Source: Scenedesmus sp. PABB004 (Eukaryota). From it: 64,000 nt of DNA. Made by a program: the position numbers and the translations under genes. Positions within the stretch are counted from its first letter, which is position 1, and each line of letters starts with the position of its first letter. The notes beneath the pieces were generated by a model. It ran no database searches. It was not told the origin of the DNA and saw nothing but the letters and a program-made list of their open reading frames with translations. Of the stretch, positions 1 through 12,700 are shown piece by piece. Location: assembly GCA_014905635.1 (NCBI GenBank), contig JABVCE010000046.1, positions 1-64,000 on the forward strand, written 5' to 3'.

Positions 1-110
1 GGGCGCGCTCGGCCTCGCTGCGTCGCGCGCGACCGGACGCGGTGCGCCGGGGCCCGCACACACGCACGCACGCACACGCACACACCCCCGTGCACACGGC
101 GCGGCGCGGC

Positions 111-258
111 GCAGCACACAGCACAGCACGCACCATGTAGCGCAGCACACAGCACAGCACACACAGCACAGCACGCACCATGTAGCGCAGCACGCTGTCG
201 CGGCGCAGCGCGCAGCACACAGCACAGCACGCACCATGTAGCGCAGCACGCTGTCGCG
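111..258. repeat. Triplicated exon-end/5' splice-site unit (GCACGCACCATGTAGCGCAGCAC x3) with CACAG spacers
   Basis: Three copies begin at about 126, 171 and 227. On the minus strand each reads GTGCTGCGCTACATG|GTGCGTGC. Confidence 0.9.
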
Positions 259-2119
259 CGCGCCCGCGACGTTGGCCTTCACCGTCGCGGCGTCGGGGCC
301 GACCGCCCACAGCCCGTAGCCCGCGGCCGCGAGGCACGCGGCGACGAGCCCGCGCGCGGCCAGCCCGCTCGCCTTGTCGCCCGGCGCGGAGCGCTCGAAC
401 GAGACAGCAGCGGCGTCGCGAGGTGCGTGATGGGCAGCTGCGGGCGCGTGGGCGGTGTGTGTGGGTGTGTGTGGGTGTGTGTGGGAGGGTGAGGGCGAGG
501 GGCGCGGGTGAGAGGTGCGGCGGGCGGCGGCCGGGCGGGCGGCCCGCGCGGGCGGCGCGGCGCGACGGCAGCCAGGTGCCGCCGCCACTGGCGCCGGCGC
601 CCCCCGCCCATGCGCCGTGCCGCCGCTGCTGCATGTCGCTCGCCTCCTCGCTCATCAGGTTAGGCAGCAGCCAGAAGTGGTGCCCCGTCGCGAGCCAGAC
701 GGCGCCAAACGCGACATAGCGGGCGCCCATCGTCCCCAGCAGCGCGGCGAGCAGCCCCGAGAGGACGTAGAGCACGGCGAGCCTGGCGGCGGCGGCCCAG
801 GGTTCAGGCGGTGGACCCCAGGGTTCGGGGTTCAGGCGGAGGGGACGAGGGCCGCGCCGGGGCGAGGCGCGCGGGGCGAGGCGTGCGGGGCGGCGGCGGC
901 GCGGAAGGCGGCGCCCCAAAAAAAGGGCACCAACGCGCGCTGCTTGCGACCCCCAACCCAAAACCCGCCGCGCCCCGGCGCGCACCTGGCGCCGTGGGCC
1001 GCGAGCGGGAAGAGCGTCGCGCCGAGCGTCGCGAGCACGATCGCCGCGGCGCCGGCGTAGAAGAGCGCGCCGCGGGGGGCCTCGTAGGTGAAGGCGTAGA
1101 ACAGCTCCTCGCCCCACACGGGGGGCTGTTATTTTTGAATTTGAATTTTGTTATTTTGTCATTGGGGGCGTCAGGGTGTGTGGGGTGGGCGGTGGGCGTG
1201 GACGGGCGGTGGGTGGGGCGGGGTGCGGGGTCGCCGGCAGCGGCAGCGCGCGGGGCGAGGGCCAAAGAGCGGCGAAAGGCCACTGCGGCGCGGCGCGCAC
1301 CACGGCGTCGAGGTTGCGCGGCCACTTGACGAGCTTCTTCTTGCCCGGCTTGGGCTTTTTGAACTTGCGCTCCGCCGCGAGCAGCAGGCGGCGCGCGAGC
1401 AGCTGGCCGACGAGGTCAGACACCTGCTCGTCCTGCCCCCGCCCTGGCGGGTGGCGGCGTGCGCGCGGTGTGTGCGGTGCGTGTGTGAGAGGGGGCCTGC
1501 TGCGCGGCGCCAGGCACGCGCGCGCGCCAGTCGCAGCCGCCGCGGCGGGCGCCGCGGGGCGGCGGCGGCGCGCACCCCGGCCCCTGGGGCTTGGTGTGCA
1601 CGTCGAGCAGGGGCCGGCCGCGCAGCCAGCGGGCGAGGTCCTTGCCGCGCACATAGTCCCGCCACTCGAGCTCCTGCGGGGCGCGCAGGACGGCCGGCCG
1701 CGCGCGCGCTCGCAGGACGCAGGCTTGCAGGACGGGGCGCGCGGCGGCTTGCAGGACAGCAGGGCGCGCGGCCGCTGCGCACCAGGGTGCCGCGCTCGCT
1801 GGCACCGCGATCTTGGCGGAGCCGTGCTCCACGCCGCCGCGCTGGCGCAGCGCGTCGGTGACGCCACGCAGCGCCGCTGCCCTGCGCGTGCACGGCAGGT
1901 GCAGCAGCAGCGGCGGCGGGCGGCGCGCGGCGGTTGTGGCCGCGCGCCGCGCGGGGCCCGCGCCGGCGCAGCCGTGCCGCACGGCCACAGCAGGGCGTGC
2001 GGCACGGGCGACGCCGCAGCTGCCGGCCGGGCGGGCGCAACCGCTGGGCTGCTGGGCCCGCCGCGCCGCCAACCGCTGCCGCCGCCGCAGCCGGTGGCGG
2101 CGCCCACCTTGGCCGACAT
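235..2119 (-). CDS. SEC62: Translocon subunit Sec62, multi-exon; 3' end runs off the window start
   Basis: Joined exons read MSAK / ALRGVTDALRQRGGVEHGSAKIA / ELEWRDYVRGKDLARWL / KPKPGKKKLVKWPRNL / FYAFTYE plus TM1 (AAAIVLATLGATLFPLA) / TM2 plus GHHFWLLPNLMSEE / SFERS...VLRYM. These match plant and algal Sec62 motifs (DYxRGKD, LFPL, FWLxPNL). At least one apparent indel near 403. Confidence 0.85.
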
Positions 2120-2436
2120 GGCGCTGCCGCGGTGGTGGTGGCGCTGCCCCTGCTGGGCGCGTGGGCCGAGGGCGCCGCGCGTGAGCAGAAAGGAGCGCGG
2201 GCTACTGCTGCCGCGCTGCTGCCGCCGGCGCGAGGGGCGGGCGGTGCGGGTGCAGCCAGGGGCGCACGAGTGAATGAATCGCGCCGGCGGCGTCGCTGGT
2301 GGCCTGGGCGGGGCCCTGGGCGCGAAGACGAAGCTGAAACAGCGTCTCGACGAGCAGGCGTGCCGCGCCGCGCCGTGGAGGGCGCCATCAGCGCGATCGC
2401 CGCCGCGGAGCCGGGCCCGCGACGCCGCACGCCAGC
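2120..2436. promoter_or_regulatory. Probable bidirectional promoter and 5' UTRs between SEC62 and CASC3
   Basis: Divergent start codons at 2119 (-) and 2437 (+) are only 317 bp apart. Inferred from gene layout. Confidence 0.5.
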
Positions 2437-5400
2437 ATGAGCTCGCCCGCCGACGGCGAGGCCGCGCCCGCGGCCGCGGAGGCCGGGGGCGAGGAGGAGG
2501 AGGAGCTGGAGCTGGAGGTGGCGCTTCCGGGGCGCCGCGACGCGGCCAGCGATGACGGGGAGGACGAGGAGGGCGCCGCGGCCGATGCGCCATCGCCGGG
2601 CGCCGAGGGCGACGAGGAGGGCTTCGTGACGGGTGCGCCGGCCGGCGCGGCAGGGATCGGGGCGCCTGATCCAGGCCTGGGCGGCGCCGCCGCATGATCA
2701 GGCCCGGAATGCGCCCGCGGCGGCCGGTGCCGCTGCTGCCGCTGCAGCGCGCGCGCCGCCGGCGGCCGATCACGCGCCGGCATCGCCCGCCGCGATCGCA
2801 GGCGAGGAGGAGGACGAGGAGGAGGTGCCGCCGCCCAAGGCGGAGGCGGCGGGCGAGCCGGCGGCCGAGCCGGCCCCGGCTGAAGGCGCGGCGGACGGCG
2901 TGCTGGAGGAGGGCGAAGTACCGCCGGCGGCAGCTGGGCAGGCGGCAGAGGCGACAGAGGCGAAAGAGGCGGCAGAGGCGCCGGCGGCAGAGGCGGCAGA
3001 GGCGCCGGCGAAGGAGGAGGCGGCGGAGGCGAGCGGCGACGGCGGCGCGGCCGAGCCGGGCACGCCCTCCGGCGGCGCCGCGGAGCAGCAGCTGCCGGCG
3101 CGGCCCAAGGCGGGCCGCCGCGCCAAGGGCGTGGCCGCCGGCGGCGGCGGCAGCAGCAGCGCCAACGAGGACGGCGCGGGCGAGGCGGCCGGCGCGGACG
3201 GCGGTACGGCCGCCACCACCGCGGCCCGCGCCGCCGCGACGGCCGCGCTCGCCGGCGCGGGCGCGGGCGCGGGGCGCGGGCCGCGGCGCCGGCGCGCGGC
3301 GCCGCTGCGGGCGCGGGGGCGCGCGGGGCGGCCGCGGCCGCGGCGCGCCGCCGGCGCTGGCCGCCGAGGGCGGCGACGCGGCCGCCGAGGGCGGCGACGC
3401 TGCGGCCGCGGACGGCGGCGGCGGCGGCGTCGACGGCGAGGACGGGGATGACGTCATCCTTAGCAAGGCCGAGCTGCAGCAGCGGGCGACCGCTGCGGCG
3501 GCGGGCGGCCGGCCGCGCGCGGCGGCCTGCAGCCGTTTGAGGTGCCCACCTTTGGCGCGTACTACGCACACGACGACCGCGGCGGCGGCGGCGAGGAGGC
3601 GGAGGGCAGGGCGTCGATGCCGCGGGCGCGGGCGGCGACGGCGGCAGGTGCGTCTGAGCGCGGGCCGGGCCGCGCGGCGCGGGGTGCGCCGCCTGCCGGG
3701 GGGCGCGCGCCGCGTGCGCGCGCCGACCCGACGGCCGCCGCGCACCGCCGGCGCCCGCCCCGCGCGCAGGCCCGCCGCCGGCGGCGACACGGGCCCGGCG
3801 CGCGCCCCGCCGCGGCGCCGCGCTGGTCGCGGCGCGGGGGCGCTGGAAGCATGACATGTTTGAAGAGGCGCTGCGGCGCGAGGAGGCTGGCATCAAGGGG
3901 GTGCGTGGCCTGCCTGCCGCGCGGGGGGCTCGGCGGGCGCGGCGTGGGGCCGAGGAGGGCGCGGGGGCGGCCGCGCGCCGCGCCGGCGCCCCGCCGCGCG
4001 CGCCGCGCCCGCCGACCGAGCCCCGCCGCGCCCGCGCCGCGCCGCGCCCGCAGCCGCTGATCGTGCCGGAGGAGCGCGACCGCGCGGAGCGGGAGGCCGC
4101 CGGCGGCGGGCGCGGCGGCGGGGCGCGGCCGCGGCCGCGGCGCGGCGGCGCTACGACGGCGACTCGTACGGCGGCTACGGCGGCGGCGGCGGCGGCTACG
4201 AGGACGAGGCGCGGCCGTACGGCGGCGAGCGCGGGCGCGGCGGGGCGGCCGCGGCGACGGCGGCCGCAGCGGCGGCTACGAGCGCCCGAGAGCGCCGGCG
4301 CGGCCGCGGCGGGAGCTACGAGCGGCCGGAGAGCGGCGGGCGCGGCCGGGCGGGAGCTACGAGCGGCCGGAGAGCGGCGGGCGCGGCGGGGCGGGAGCTA
4401 CGAGCGGCCGGAGAGCGGCGGGCGCGGCGGCGGGCGCGGCGGCGGGCGCGGCGGCGAGGCGCCGGGCGCGGAGGCGTTCCCGCCGCTGCCCGGCGGCGCG
4501 GCGGCCGCGGCGCAGGCCGCGGCGGGCGCGGCGGGCGCGGAGACAGTGCGTACGACGCGGCTGCGCCCGCCCTCAACGGGCAGGCCGGCGGCGGCGGCGG
4601 CTTCAACGCCGGCAGCAACTGGGCCAAGCAGCGCGATGAGTTCCAGGCGGCGCCCCAGCAGGGCGGCCGCGGCGGCCGCGGCGGCCGCGGCGACGGCGGC
4701 CGCGGCGACGGCGGCCGCGGCGGGGGCGGCCGCGGCGGCGGCGGCTTTGGCGAGGGCTTTGGCGAGCCGCAGCCGGCCGGCGGCGGCCGCGGGCGCGGCG
4801 GCACAGGCCGCGGCGGGCGCGGCGGCTACGAGGGCGCCAACGGCAACGGCGGCGACGGCTGGGCCGGCGACGGCTACGGCGGCGGCGGCGACGGCTGGGC
4901 CGGCCAGCATGCGCAGCAGCAGCCGCAGCAGCGGGGCGGCGACGGCGGCCGCGGTCGCGGCGGCGGCCGCGGCGGTGCGCTCAAGGCCGACGCGGCAGCG
5001 TTCGAGCCCGCCCACCACCAGGATGGCGGCTACGGCCAGCAGCAGCAGCAGCAGCAGCAGCAGGGCTACGGCGGCGGCGAGGGCTGGGGCGCGCAGGGCG
5101 GCGGCGACGGCTGGGGCGCGCCCGCCGCGCAGGGCGGCGGCGAGGCCTGGACCGCGCCCGCGCAGGGCGGCGGCGACGGCTGGGGCGCGCCCGCCGCGCA
5201 GGGCGGCGGCGGCGGCCGGCGCTACGGCCTGGGCGGCGGCCAGGAGCCGGCGCCGCCCGCCGCCGTGGCGCCGAGCGCGGCGTACGGCGCGGCGGCGCCG
5301 CCGCCGGCGGCGGCGCAGCAGCAGTTCGTGCCGCCGCCGGGCGCCGACCCGGCGCAGTGGATGGCCGCCGCGGTCGCGGCGCAGGCCGCGGCCGCGGCCG

Positions 5401-5784
5401 CGGTCGTGGGCGGCGCGCCGCCGGCGGGGCCGCCGCCCGGCGCGCCGCCGGTGCCGCCCGCGCGCCGCCGGCGGGGCCGCCGCCGCCGTACGGCATGATG
5501 AGCCCATATGACATGCAGCAATACATGACGGCGATGGTCCAGCACTATACTCAGCACTACACACAGCAGTACGCGCAGCAGGCCGCCGCGGCCGCGGCGG
5601 CCGCGGCCGCGGCCGCGGGCGCGGCCCCGGGCGCCGGCGGCGACGCGGGCGCGCCGCCGCCGCCCCAGGGCGCGGGCGCGGGCGCGCCGCCGCAGGGCTA
5701 CGGCCAGCAGCACGCGGCGGCGGGGCAGGCCCAGCAGCACGCGGCGGCGCCGGCCGCGTACGACCCGTACCGCCAGGCGCCGGC

Positions 5785-5817
<33 letters not shown>

Positions 5818-6319
5818 CCAGCAGTACCAGCAGCAGCCGCAGCACCAGCAGCAGCACCAGCAGCACCAGCAGCACCAGGCCGCCCCGCCCCCCGCGGCGC
5901 AGGGCCCGCCCGGCGGGCGCTACGGCGGCGGCGGCCCGCACCAGCAGGGCGGCGGCGATCCCTATCGCACGCAGCCCCAGGGGCAGCAGCAGCCCCAGGG
6001 GCAGCAGCAGCCCCAGGGGCAGCAGCAGGGCCAGGGGCAGCAGGGCGGCTACGCGCCCCCCACCAGCTACGCCGCCGCGGCCAACGCGCCGCCGCAGCAG
6101 GGCGGCCGCAGCGGCCCGCCGCCGGCCGCGGCGGGCCAGCAGCAGCCGCCGCAGCAGGGCGGCCCGCGCCGCTACTCGGCGGTGGCCGGCGCCCTCGGCG
6201 GCGCCGCCGGCGCCGGCCGGGGGCAGGGCGGCGGCGGCCGGGGGCAGGGCGGCGGCGGCCGGGGGCAGGGCGGCGGCCGGGGGCAGGGCAGCGGCGCGCA
6301 CAACTCCGACGGGTGGTGA
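2437..6319 (+). CDS. CASC3: CASC3/Barentsz/MLN51 exon-junction-complex protein (Btz domain) with RGG- and Q-rich tails
   Basis: Acidic N-terminus and an intron at about 2633-2801. Btz motifs QPFEVPTFGAYYAHDDR (about 3530-3580) and WKHDMFEE (about 3844-3867). RGG/GGY-rich middle and polyQ C-terminus, stop at 6319. Several apparent frameshifts. Confidence 0.8.
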
Positions 6320-6700
6320 GAGCGCGGCGCGAGCGGGGGCGGCGTTTCAGGGGGGGGCCGTGGCCTGTCTGCTCAGGGGGGCGCGGCGGAGGCGAGGAAA
6401 CAAGTCGTCGTGGCGCCCGCTCAGCTCAGGTTCAGCGCCGCCCGACCCGCAGCGGTGCGTCCGCACACCCCCAGGCGCTGCGTCGTGTCCACACACGTCG
6501 CACCGCACAGCGCCGCGTCCCGCGGTCGGACGCCGGCGCTCGCGCCACGCGCACTCGCGCTCACGCGGCAGCGCCGGCAGCGGCGCCGCCGCAGAGCCCG
6601 CTCGGGCCGGCCTACCCTCGCACGCGACCGCGAAGTGCGTGTGTGCACTCCAGAACGCCCTCTGCCTTGGGGACGTCGCGCTGAGGCGCTGGGAGGCGCG

Positions 6701-9700
6701 ATGATGGACGACGGCGCCTGCGGGGCCGCGCCCGTGGTGATCCCGGCCCTGCCTGGGCCGGTGATCAAGGTGTGCGTCATGAGGCGACTGCGCGCGCCCG
6801 CGACGCGCCTCGCTGGGGCGAGAGGCTGGCAGCGGCGCGCAGCAGCGCCGCCGGCGCCGGCCGCTCCCGCTGCCGCCCCTGCTCGGGGGGACCTGCGCCA
6901 TGCGTGCCCCGACACGCCGCCGCATCGCCGCCGCCGCGCCGACCGCAGGCCATCTGCGCGTGCCTGCCGCTCGCCGACCGCTGCGCCGCGCGGCTGGTGT
7001 GCCGGTCGTGGCGCTTCCTAGGCGGCGAGGCGGTCACCACGATCGGCCTCACCACCACGCAGCTGCGCAAGCAGGTGCGGCGCGGGCCGCGCGGGCCGCG
7101 CGCGCGGGCGGCGGCAGCGCCACGCGCTGCTGCGGCGGCGGCGGCGGTGGCGGCGGCGGCTCGCAGCAGCCGTCGCGCGGCCCACGCGCACACGCCCGCG
7201 CGCATGCGCGCCGCCGCCGGCAGGTGTACGCCGACCACTCGGCGCGCCAGGTGCTGCAGCAGCTGGCGCGCGCGGCGGCGGCCGAGGCGGCCGCGGCGGG
7301 CGCGTCCGCTGCGACGCCGCGGCCGCCGGCGCGGCCGTCACGCTGGCCGACGCGCTGCCGGCGCGCGGCGGCGGCGCCGCCGCCGCGCGGGCAGCAGCAG
7401 CGCCGCGGCGGCCGCCGCGCGGCGGCGCCAGGCGCCACCGCCGCCGCCCGCCGCCGCGCGGCGGGCGCGGCACGTACAGCCAGGCCGAGCTCAACGGCGC
7501 AGCGCTGCGCGCGCTCGGGCGGCGCCTGGCGGCCGCATTCCCCGCCGCCGCACGCTGGTGGTGCAGCTGGAGGTGGGGGACTACGGCGAATATGCGGCCC
7601 GGGTGAGCCGGAGCAGCAGCGGGAGGGAGGGAGCTTACTTGCAGGAGCCTGAAGAGTGGCGAATGCGCACACCAGCCCGCGCCGCGCCGCGCGCTCACGT
7701 GCGGCCGCGTGCGCCCGCGCGCCGCAGAGCCCGCGGCGCTCGCGACGAAGCTGCTGGCGCTGCTGTCGCCGTGCCGCCAGCTCGCGCGGCTGCGCGTCGC
7801 GGTGCTCGCGGTGGAGCCGCTGGACGACGAGGACGACGACGGCCCCTCCAGCGACGGCGGCAGCTGGGCGGGCAGCGCCGACGGCGGCGGCGGCCACCAC
7901 GGCGGCGGCGCGCACCACCACCACCACCACCACCACCACCACCACGCCGGCGGCGGCGGCGCGCCGGGCGACGGCGGCGCGTCGTCGGGGGAGGAGGAGG
8001 AGGAGGGTGACAGCGAGGAGGATGTGCTTGGATTTGAGCCCGAGGACGCTGACTATACGTTTGGCTGGCTCGCGCGCCTGCTGCAGGAGCTGCAGCTGCA
8101 GCAGGCCGCCGCGGCGCGCGGCGCACGGCCGCGCGGCGGCGGCGCGCCGGCGGCGCCGCCGCCGCCGGCGGTCGCGCGGCGGCGGCAGAGCCTGCAGCCG
8201 GCGCTGCTCTGGCGCGAGGGCGAGCTGTCGGCGCAGGCGGAGGAGGCGGCCGCGGCGCCGCCGCCGCCGCGCGCGGCGCCCGTCGGCGGGCCGCACCCGC
8301 GCCTGTGGGCGGAGGAGGAGCGCGCGGAGGGCGGGCGCGGGCGGCGCGGCGGCGCGCCGCGCGCGCGCGCGGCGCGGGTCCGGCGCGCGCGGCGGCGCCG
8401 CGTCGGGCGGCGGCGCGGGGCCGCCCGACGAGCCGCCGGCGCCGCTGGTGCTGGAGGTTTGCATGATCGGTCCGGCGTACCCCTCGGACGCGGCGGACTG
8501 GCGCCAGCTCGCGCCGCTGCCGGGCCTCGCGACGCTGCTGCTGCCGCCGCACCGGCCGCCGCTGCTGCCGGCGATGGTGCGGCAGGGCGTCGCAGGTGAG
8601 GCGCGGCGCTGGGAGCTGCGGGCCGCGCCGCCACGCCGGCTCGCTCCCCCCGCCCCGCCGCGCGCGGCCGCTCACCGCCTCCCGCCGCCCGCCGCCGCGC
8701 CCTGCCGCCGCCCGTCACGCACGCGCAGCGCTGACGCAGCTGCGCGCGCTGCAGCTGTCGGTGGACGCCGGCTACAACGCCCCGCACGCCGCGCTCGCGT
8801 GGGGCGTCGGCGTCGGCGTCGCCGGCGCGGGCCCGGCAAGCGACGTGACGGCGCTCGGGTCCCTCACGCGCCTCACCCACCTCTCGCTGCACGTGAGGCG
8901 GGCGCGAGGGTGGGGCCAGGGCGGCGACGGCGCGGCGCGGCGCGCCCCCGACCCCGCCCCCGACCCGCCCGCCCGCCCGCCGCGCGCGCAGGCGACCGCC
9001 GTGCCCGCCGGCGTGCTGACGGCGGCGCTGCGCCCGCTCACCGGCCTGCGCGAGCTGCTGCTGAGCGGCGACGCGGTGGTGCACGTCCCCGCGCTCGCGC
9101 CGGCGCTGCGCCGGCTGCAGCTGCTGGTGCTGCAGCAGGCGCTCGCGCTGTGGGAGGTCGGCACGCTGCTCTCCGCCGCGCCGGGGCTGCGCTACCTGGA
9201 GGCCCTGGGCGTCTCCGACGCGGCCGGCGCGGCGCAGGGGCTGGTGCCCTTTCGGGCGCTCCTGCACCACCGCGCCGTGGCCGCGCTCGACGCCGACGCG
9301 CGGCGCGGCGCGGGCGCGCGCTGCTCGCCCCGCCGCGCACGCGCGCGCCGCGGCCGACCCAGCCTGGCTGCGTCCCGCGGCGCACGCGCCGCCGGGCGGC
9401 GCCGCCGCCGCGCGCGCGGCGTCGACGCCGTGTCCGCGGCGTTCTTTTCTGACGCCCCGGCGACGCCGGCCGCGCGGCGGCCGCCGCGGCGCGCCTGCAC
9501 GAGCACGCCCGCGCCGCGGCGGCGGCGTCCAGCGCTGGCGCCGGCCCCCCCGCATCCGGCCCGGTTGCCCGCTTTGCGGCCGCGCACGGCGTGCAGCTTG
9601 CCGCCGACGGCAGCCTGAGCCTGCCGTGGCTGCTGGCGTCGTCGGCGCGCGGCGCCGCCGCGGGGCACCCCGTCCCGGAGCAGGTCTCCCTGCTGCTGCG

Positions 9701-12700
9701 CTGGTGGCCCGCGCTGCTGGCGGCGCAGGAGACGCTGCAGCTGTCGGTGTGGGGCTGCTTCCTGCAGCGGCAGCACCTCGAGCAGGTGCGGGGTTTAGGT
9801 GCCCCGGGGGCGCTCCAGCCCAAGGGCTCGGGGCGGCCGCGGCGGCGGCGCGTGCCCGCGCGCCCCGCCTGTTGTGTTGCGCGCGCTCACCCACCCCGCG
9901 CGCCGCCGCCCGCGCGCCGCAGCCGGCGGCGCCGCTGCAGCTGCTCACGACGCGCGAGGCGACGCCGGCGGTCAGCTGCGTCAGCCTGCTGCAGCTCGTG
10001 TCGGCGCGCGCGCGCGCGGCCGCGGCCGCGGGCGTCGGCGGCGAGGCCGCGGCGGAGGGCATGCTCCCGGTGGTCGCCGACGACCAGATGCCCTCGGGTG
10101 CGGGGCGCTTTCGGGGGTCGGGGCTCGGCGTGGGCCGGGCCTCAGCGGGGGCGGTCGCCCGGGAGGGCGGCAGCGGCGCGGCAGCGGCGCGGCCGCCCGC
10201 CGGCCGCCGCGCGGCCCTGGCCCACTCGCGCCGCGCCCGGCACCGTCACCCTCAGGCGCGCTGGAAGACCTGCTGGACCACCTGCTGTGCGCCTCGCCCT
10301 TCGACCCGCCGGCCGAGCCGACAGACGAGCAGGCGGCGGCGGACCTCGAAGCCGAGGCGGCGGCCGCGGCCGCGTGGCGCCTGCGGCGCCGCCTGTCGGG
10401 CTTCGGCGGCGGCGCCGCGGCGGCGCCGGCCGCGTCGACGGCCTCGCCCGCGTCGCCGACGCCGCGGCGAGCGGCGGCGGCGAGCCGGCGCTCGGCGACG
10501 GCGGCGCGGCGCCGGCGGGCGAGTCCGAGGCGAGCGCGGGCGCCGGCGCGCCCGCGGTGCCCGGCGGCGCCGAGGCCGCGACCACCGCGCTGCTGGGCGG
10601 GCTGGAGGATGAGGCGCTGCGCCTGCAGGCCTGGCTGCACGCGCGGCTCGCGTCGCCCGGCGCGTCGCCGCCCGCCGCGCTGCCGCCGCTGCCGCCACCG
10701 CCGCCGTGCGGCGGCGCCGCGCGTGGCAGCAGCGGCGGCGCCGCCGCGCCCGGGGCGTCGCTGAAGCGCCTGGTGCTCTGCGTCGGCGCGGGGGCCGACC
10801 TCTCCTGCCTTGGCGCGGCGGCGCCGGGGCTCAAGACGCTGGGGCTGAGCGTGCCGCCGAGCCTCGAAGGTTTCAAGTCCTCCCCGGACGGCGCGCCCGC
10901 CGACGTCGACGCGCTGCCGGAGCTGCACCTCTGGCTCGGCGCCGCGGGGCTGGGCGCGCGCGCGGCGCGGGCGGCTCCGACGGCGCGGGCGGTGCCGATG
11001 GCGCCGACGGCGCCGACGGCGCCGGAGGCGGCGACGGCGCCGATTGCGCGGGGCGCTGGGCGCTGCCGGACGCCTGGCTGTCCAGCTGGCGCGCCCGCGT
11101 GGGCCACGCGGCCGCGAGCTTCAGCGACAGCCTGCTCGCGGCGCAGCACGCGCCCGCGGCGCGCCGCCGCCGGCGCGGTGCTTCGCGTCGCTGACCACGC
11201 TCACGCTGAGCAACCTCAGCCGCGGCGACGGGCCCTGGGAGCCCTCGGCGGTGCTCGGCGACGCGGTGCTCGGCGCGGTCGCGCTGGGCTGCCCCGGGCT
11301 CAAGACGCTGGAGGTGCGGCGGCGCCGGCGCGGGGCGCGGGGGGGGGGGGGGGGCGTGCGCGCGCCCGCGCGGCGGGCGGCCCGGGCGGCGCCCGCGCTG
11401 CTAGCTCCCCGCTCACGCGCGCCCCGCCGCGCCCGCGCCGCGCCGCGCCGCGCCGCACCGCGCCGCACCGCCGCCGCCCGCAGCTGTCTGGCGTGCTTGG
11501 CATGTCTGGCGCGGGGGCTGCTGCTGCTCGCGCGGCTGCGCGCGCTGACCAAGCTTCGCCTCGAGCAGTGGACCAACACAGCGAGCGACGTGAGAGACCA
11601 CGCCGCGCGCCGCGGCCGCGCCGCGCGCCGCGGCCGCGCCGCGCGTGCCCCCGCCCGCGCCGGGTGGTGCCCTCCCACCGACCCCGCCCCGCACCCGCCG
11701 CGCCTGCCGCGCCCGCCGCGCCCGCCCGGCAGCTCGCGGCGCAGCAGCTGCCGGTGCAGGTGGCCTGCCTGCCGCGCGGCCTGACCAGTCTGGCGCTGGT
11801 CAACGTTGACCCGCTGACCAGCGCCTGCCGCCTGCTGACGCTCGTGGGCGCGCTGAAGGCCGCCGGCGGCGTGGCGGGCGTGGTGTCGGCGGCGCAGGCG
11901 AGCCTCGCGGCCGCCGGCGCGGGGCCCGCCGGCGGCGCGCCGGCGGCGTCGCTCGCGACGTCGCTGCACCCGCGCGGCGTCGCGGCCGCGGCGGACTGGG
12001 TGCTTGCGGCGGCCGGCCGCGGCAGCGGGCTCGAGGGGCCCCCGGACGGAGCGGAGCTCCAGGAGCCGCCGCCGGGGCTGCCGCCGTTCTGCGGCCTCGG
12101 CGTCGGCGTGCTGAGCCGCCAGGGCGGCGCCCGTGCGGGCGCCGGCGGCCGCGACGGCGCGCCCGCGCCCGCCGCCGATGATCGTGGGCGGCCGCGAGTG
12201 GCTGCCGCCGCAGGCGCTCGCGCTGCTGTTGCTCGACACCTTTTTCAACTGCAGCGCCGCCCGGCGCGGACGCCGTGGTGGACCTCGACGCGGCGCTCGG
12301 CTGCTGCATGCGCTGCTGCTGCCTGCACGGCGGCCGCGCGTCGGGCGCGGCCGTGCCCGGCGCGGCGCGTTGCGGGCACGCCGCCGCGTGGGCGGCGCAC
12401 GCGCGCGAGCGCGCGGCCGCGCCCGCCGGCGTCGGCGCCGGCGACGGCCCGCCCCCGGGGCCGTGCTGCTGCCTCGGCGGCGTGTTTGGCTGCGTGGAAG
12501 ACCTGCACATCGTTGCGCAGGGGCCCGGCTTCGTCCCGCCGACGCGGCCGGGCGTCGCCGCGGGCGGGCTGCACCCGCTGCTCGCCGCGGCGCTGCCGCA
12601 CGCGGGCGCGCTGCGGCGCCTGCACGTCTGCGCGCCGGGTGCGCGCGCGCGCGCGCCGCACGCCCCGCGGCCGCGCCGCGCCGCGCCGCGCCGCGCCGCG

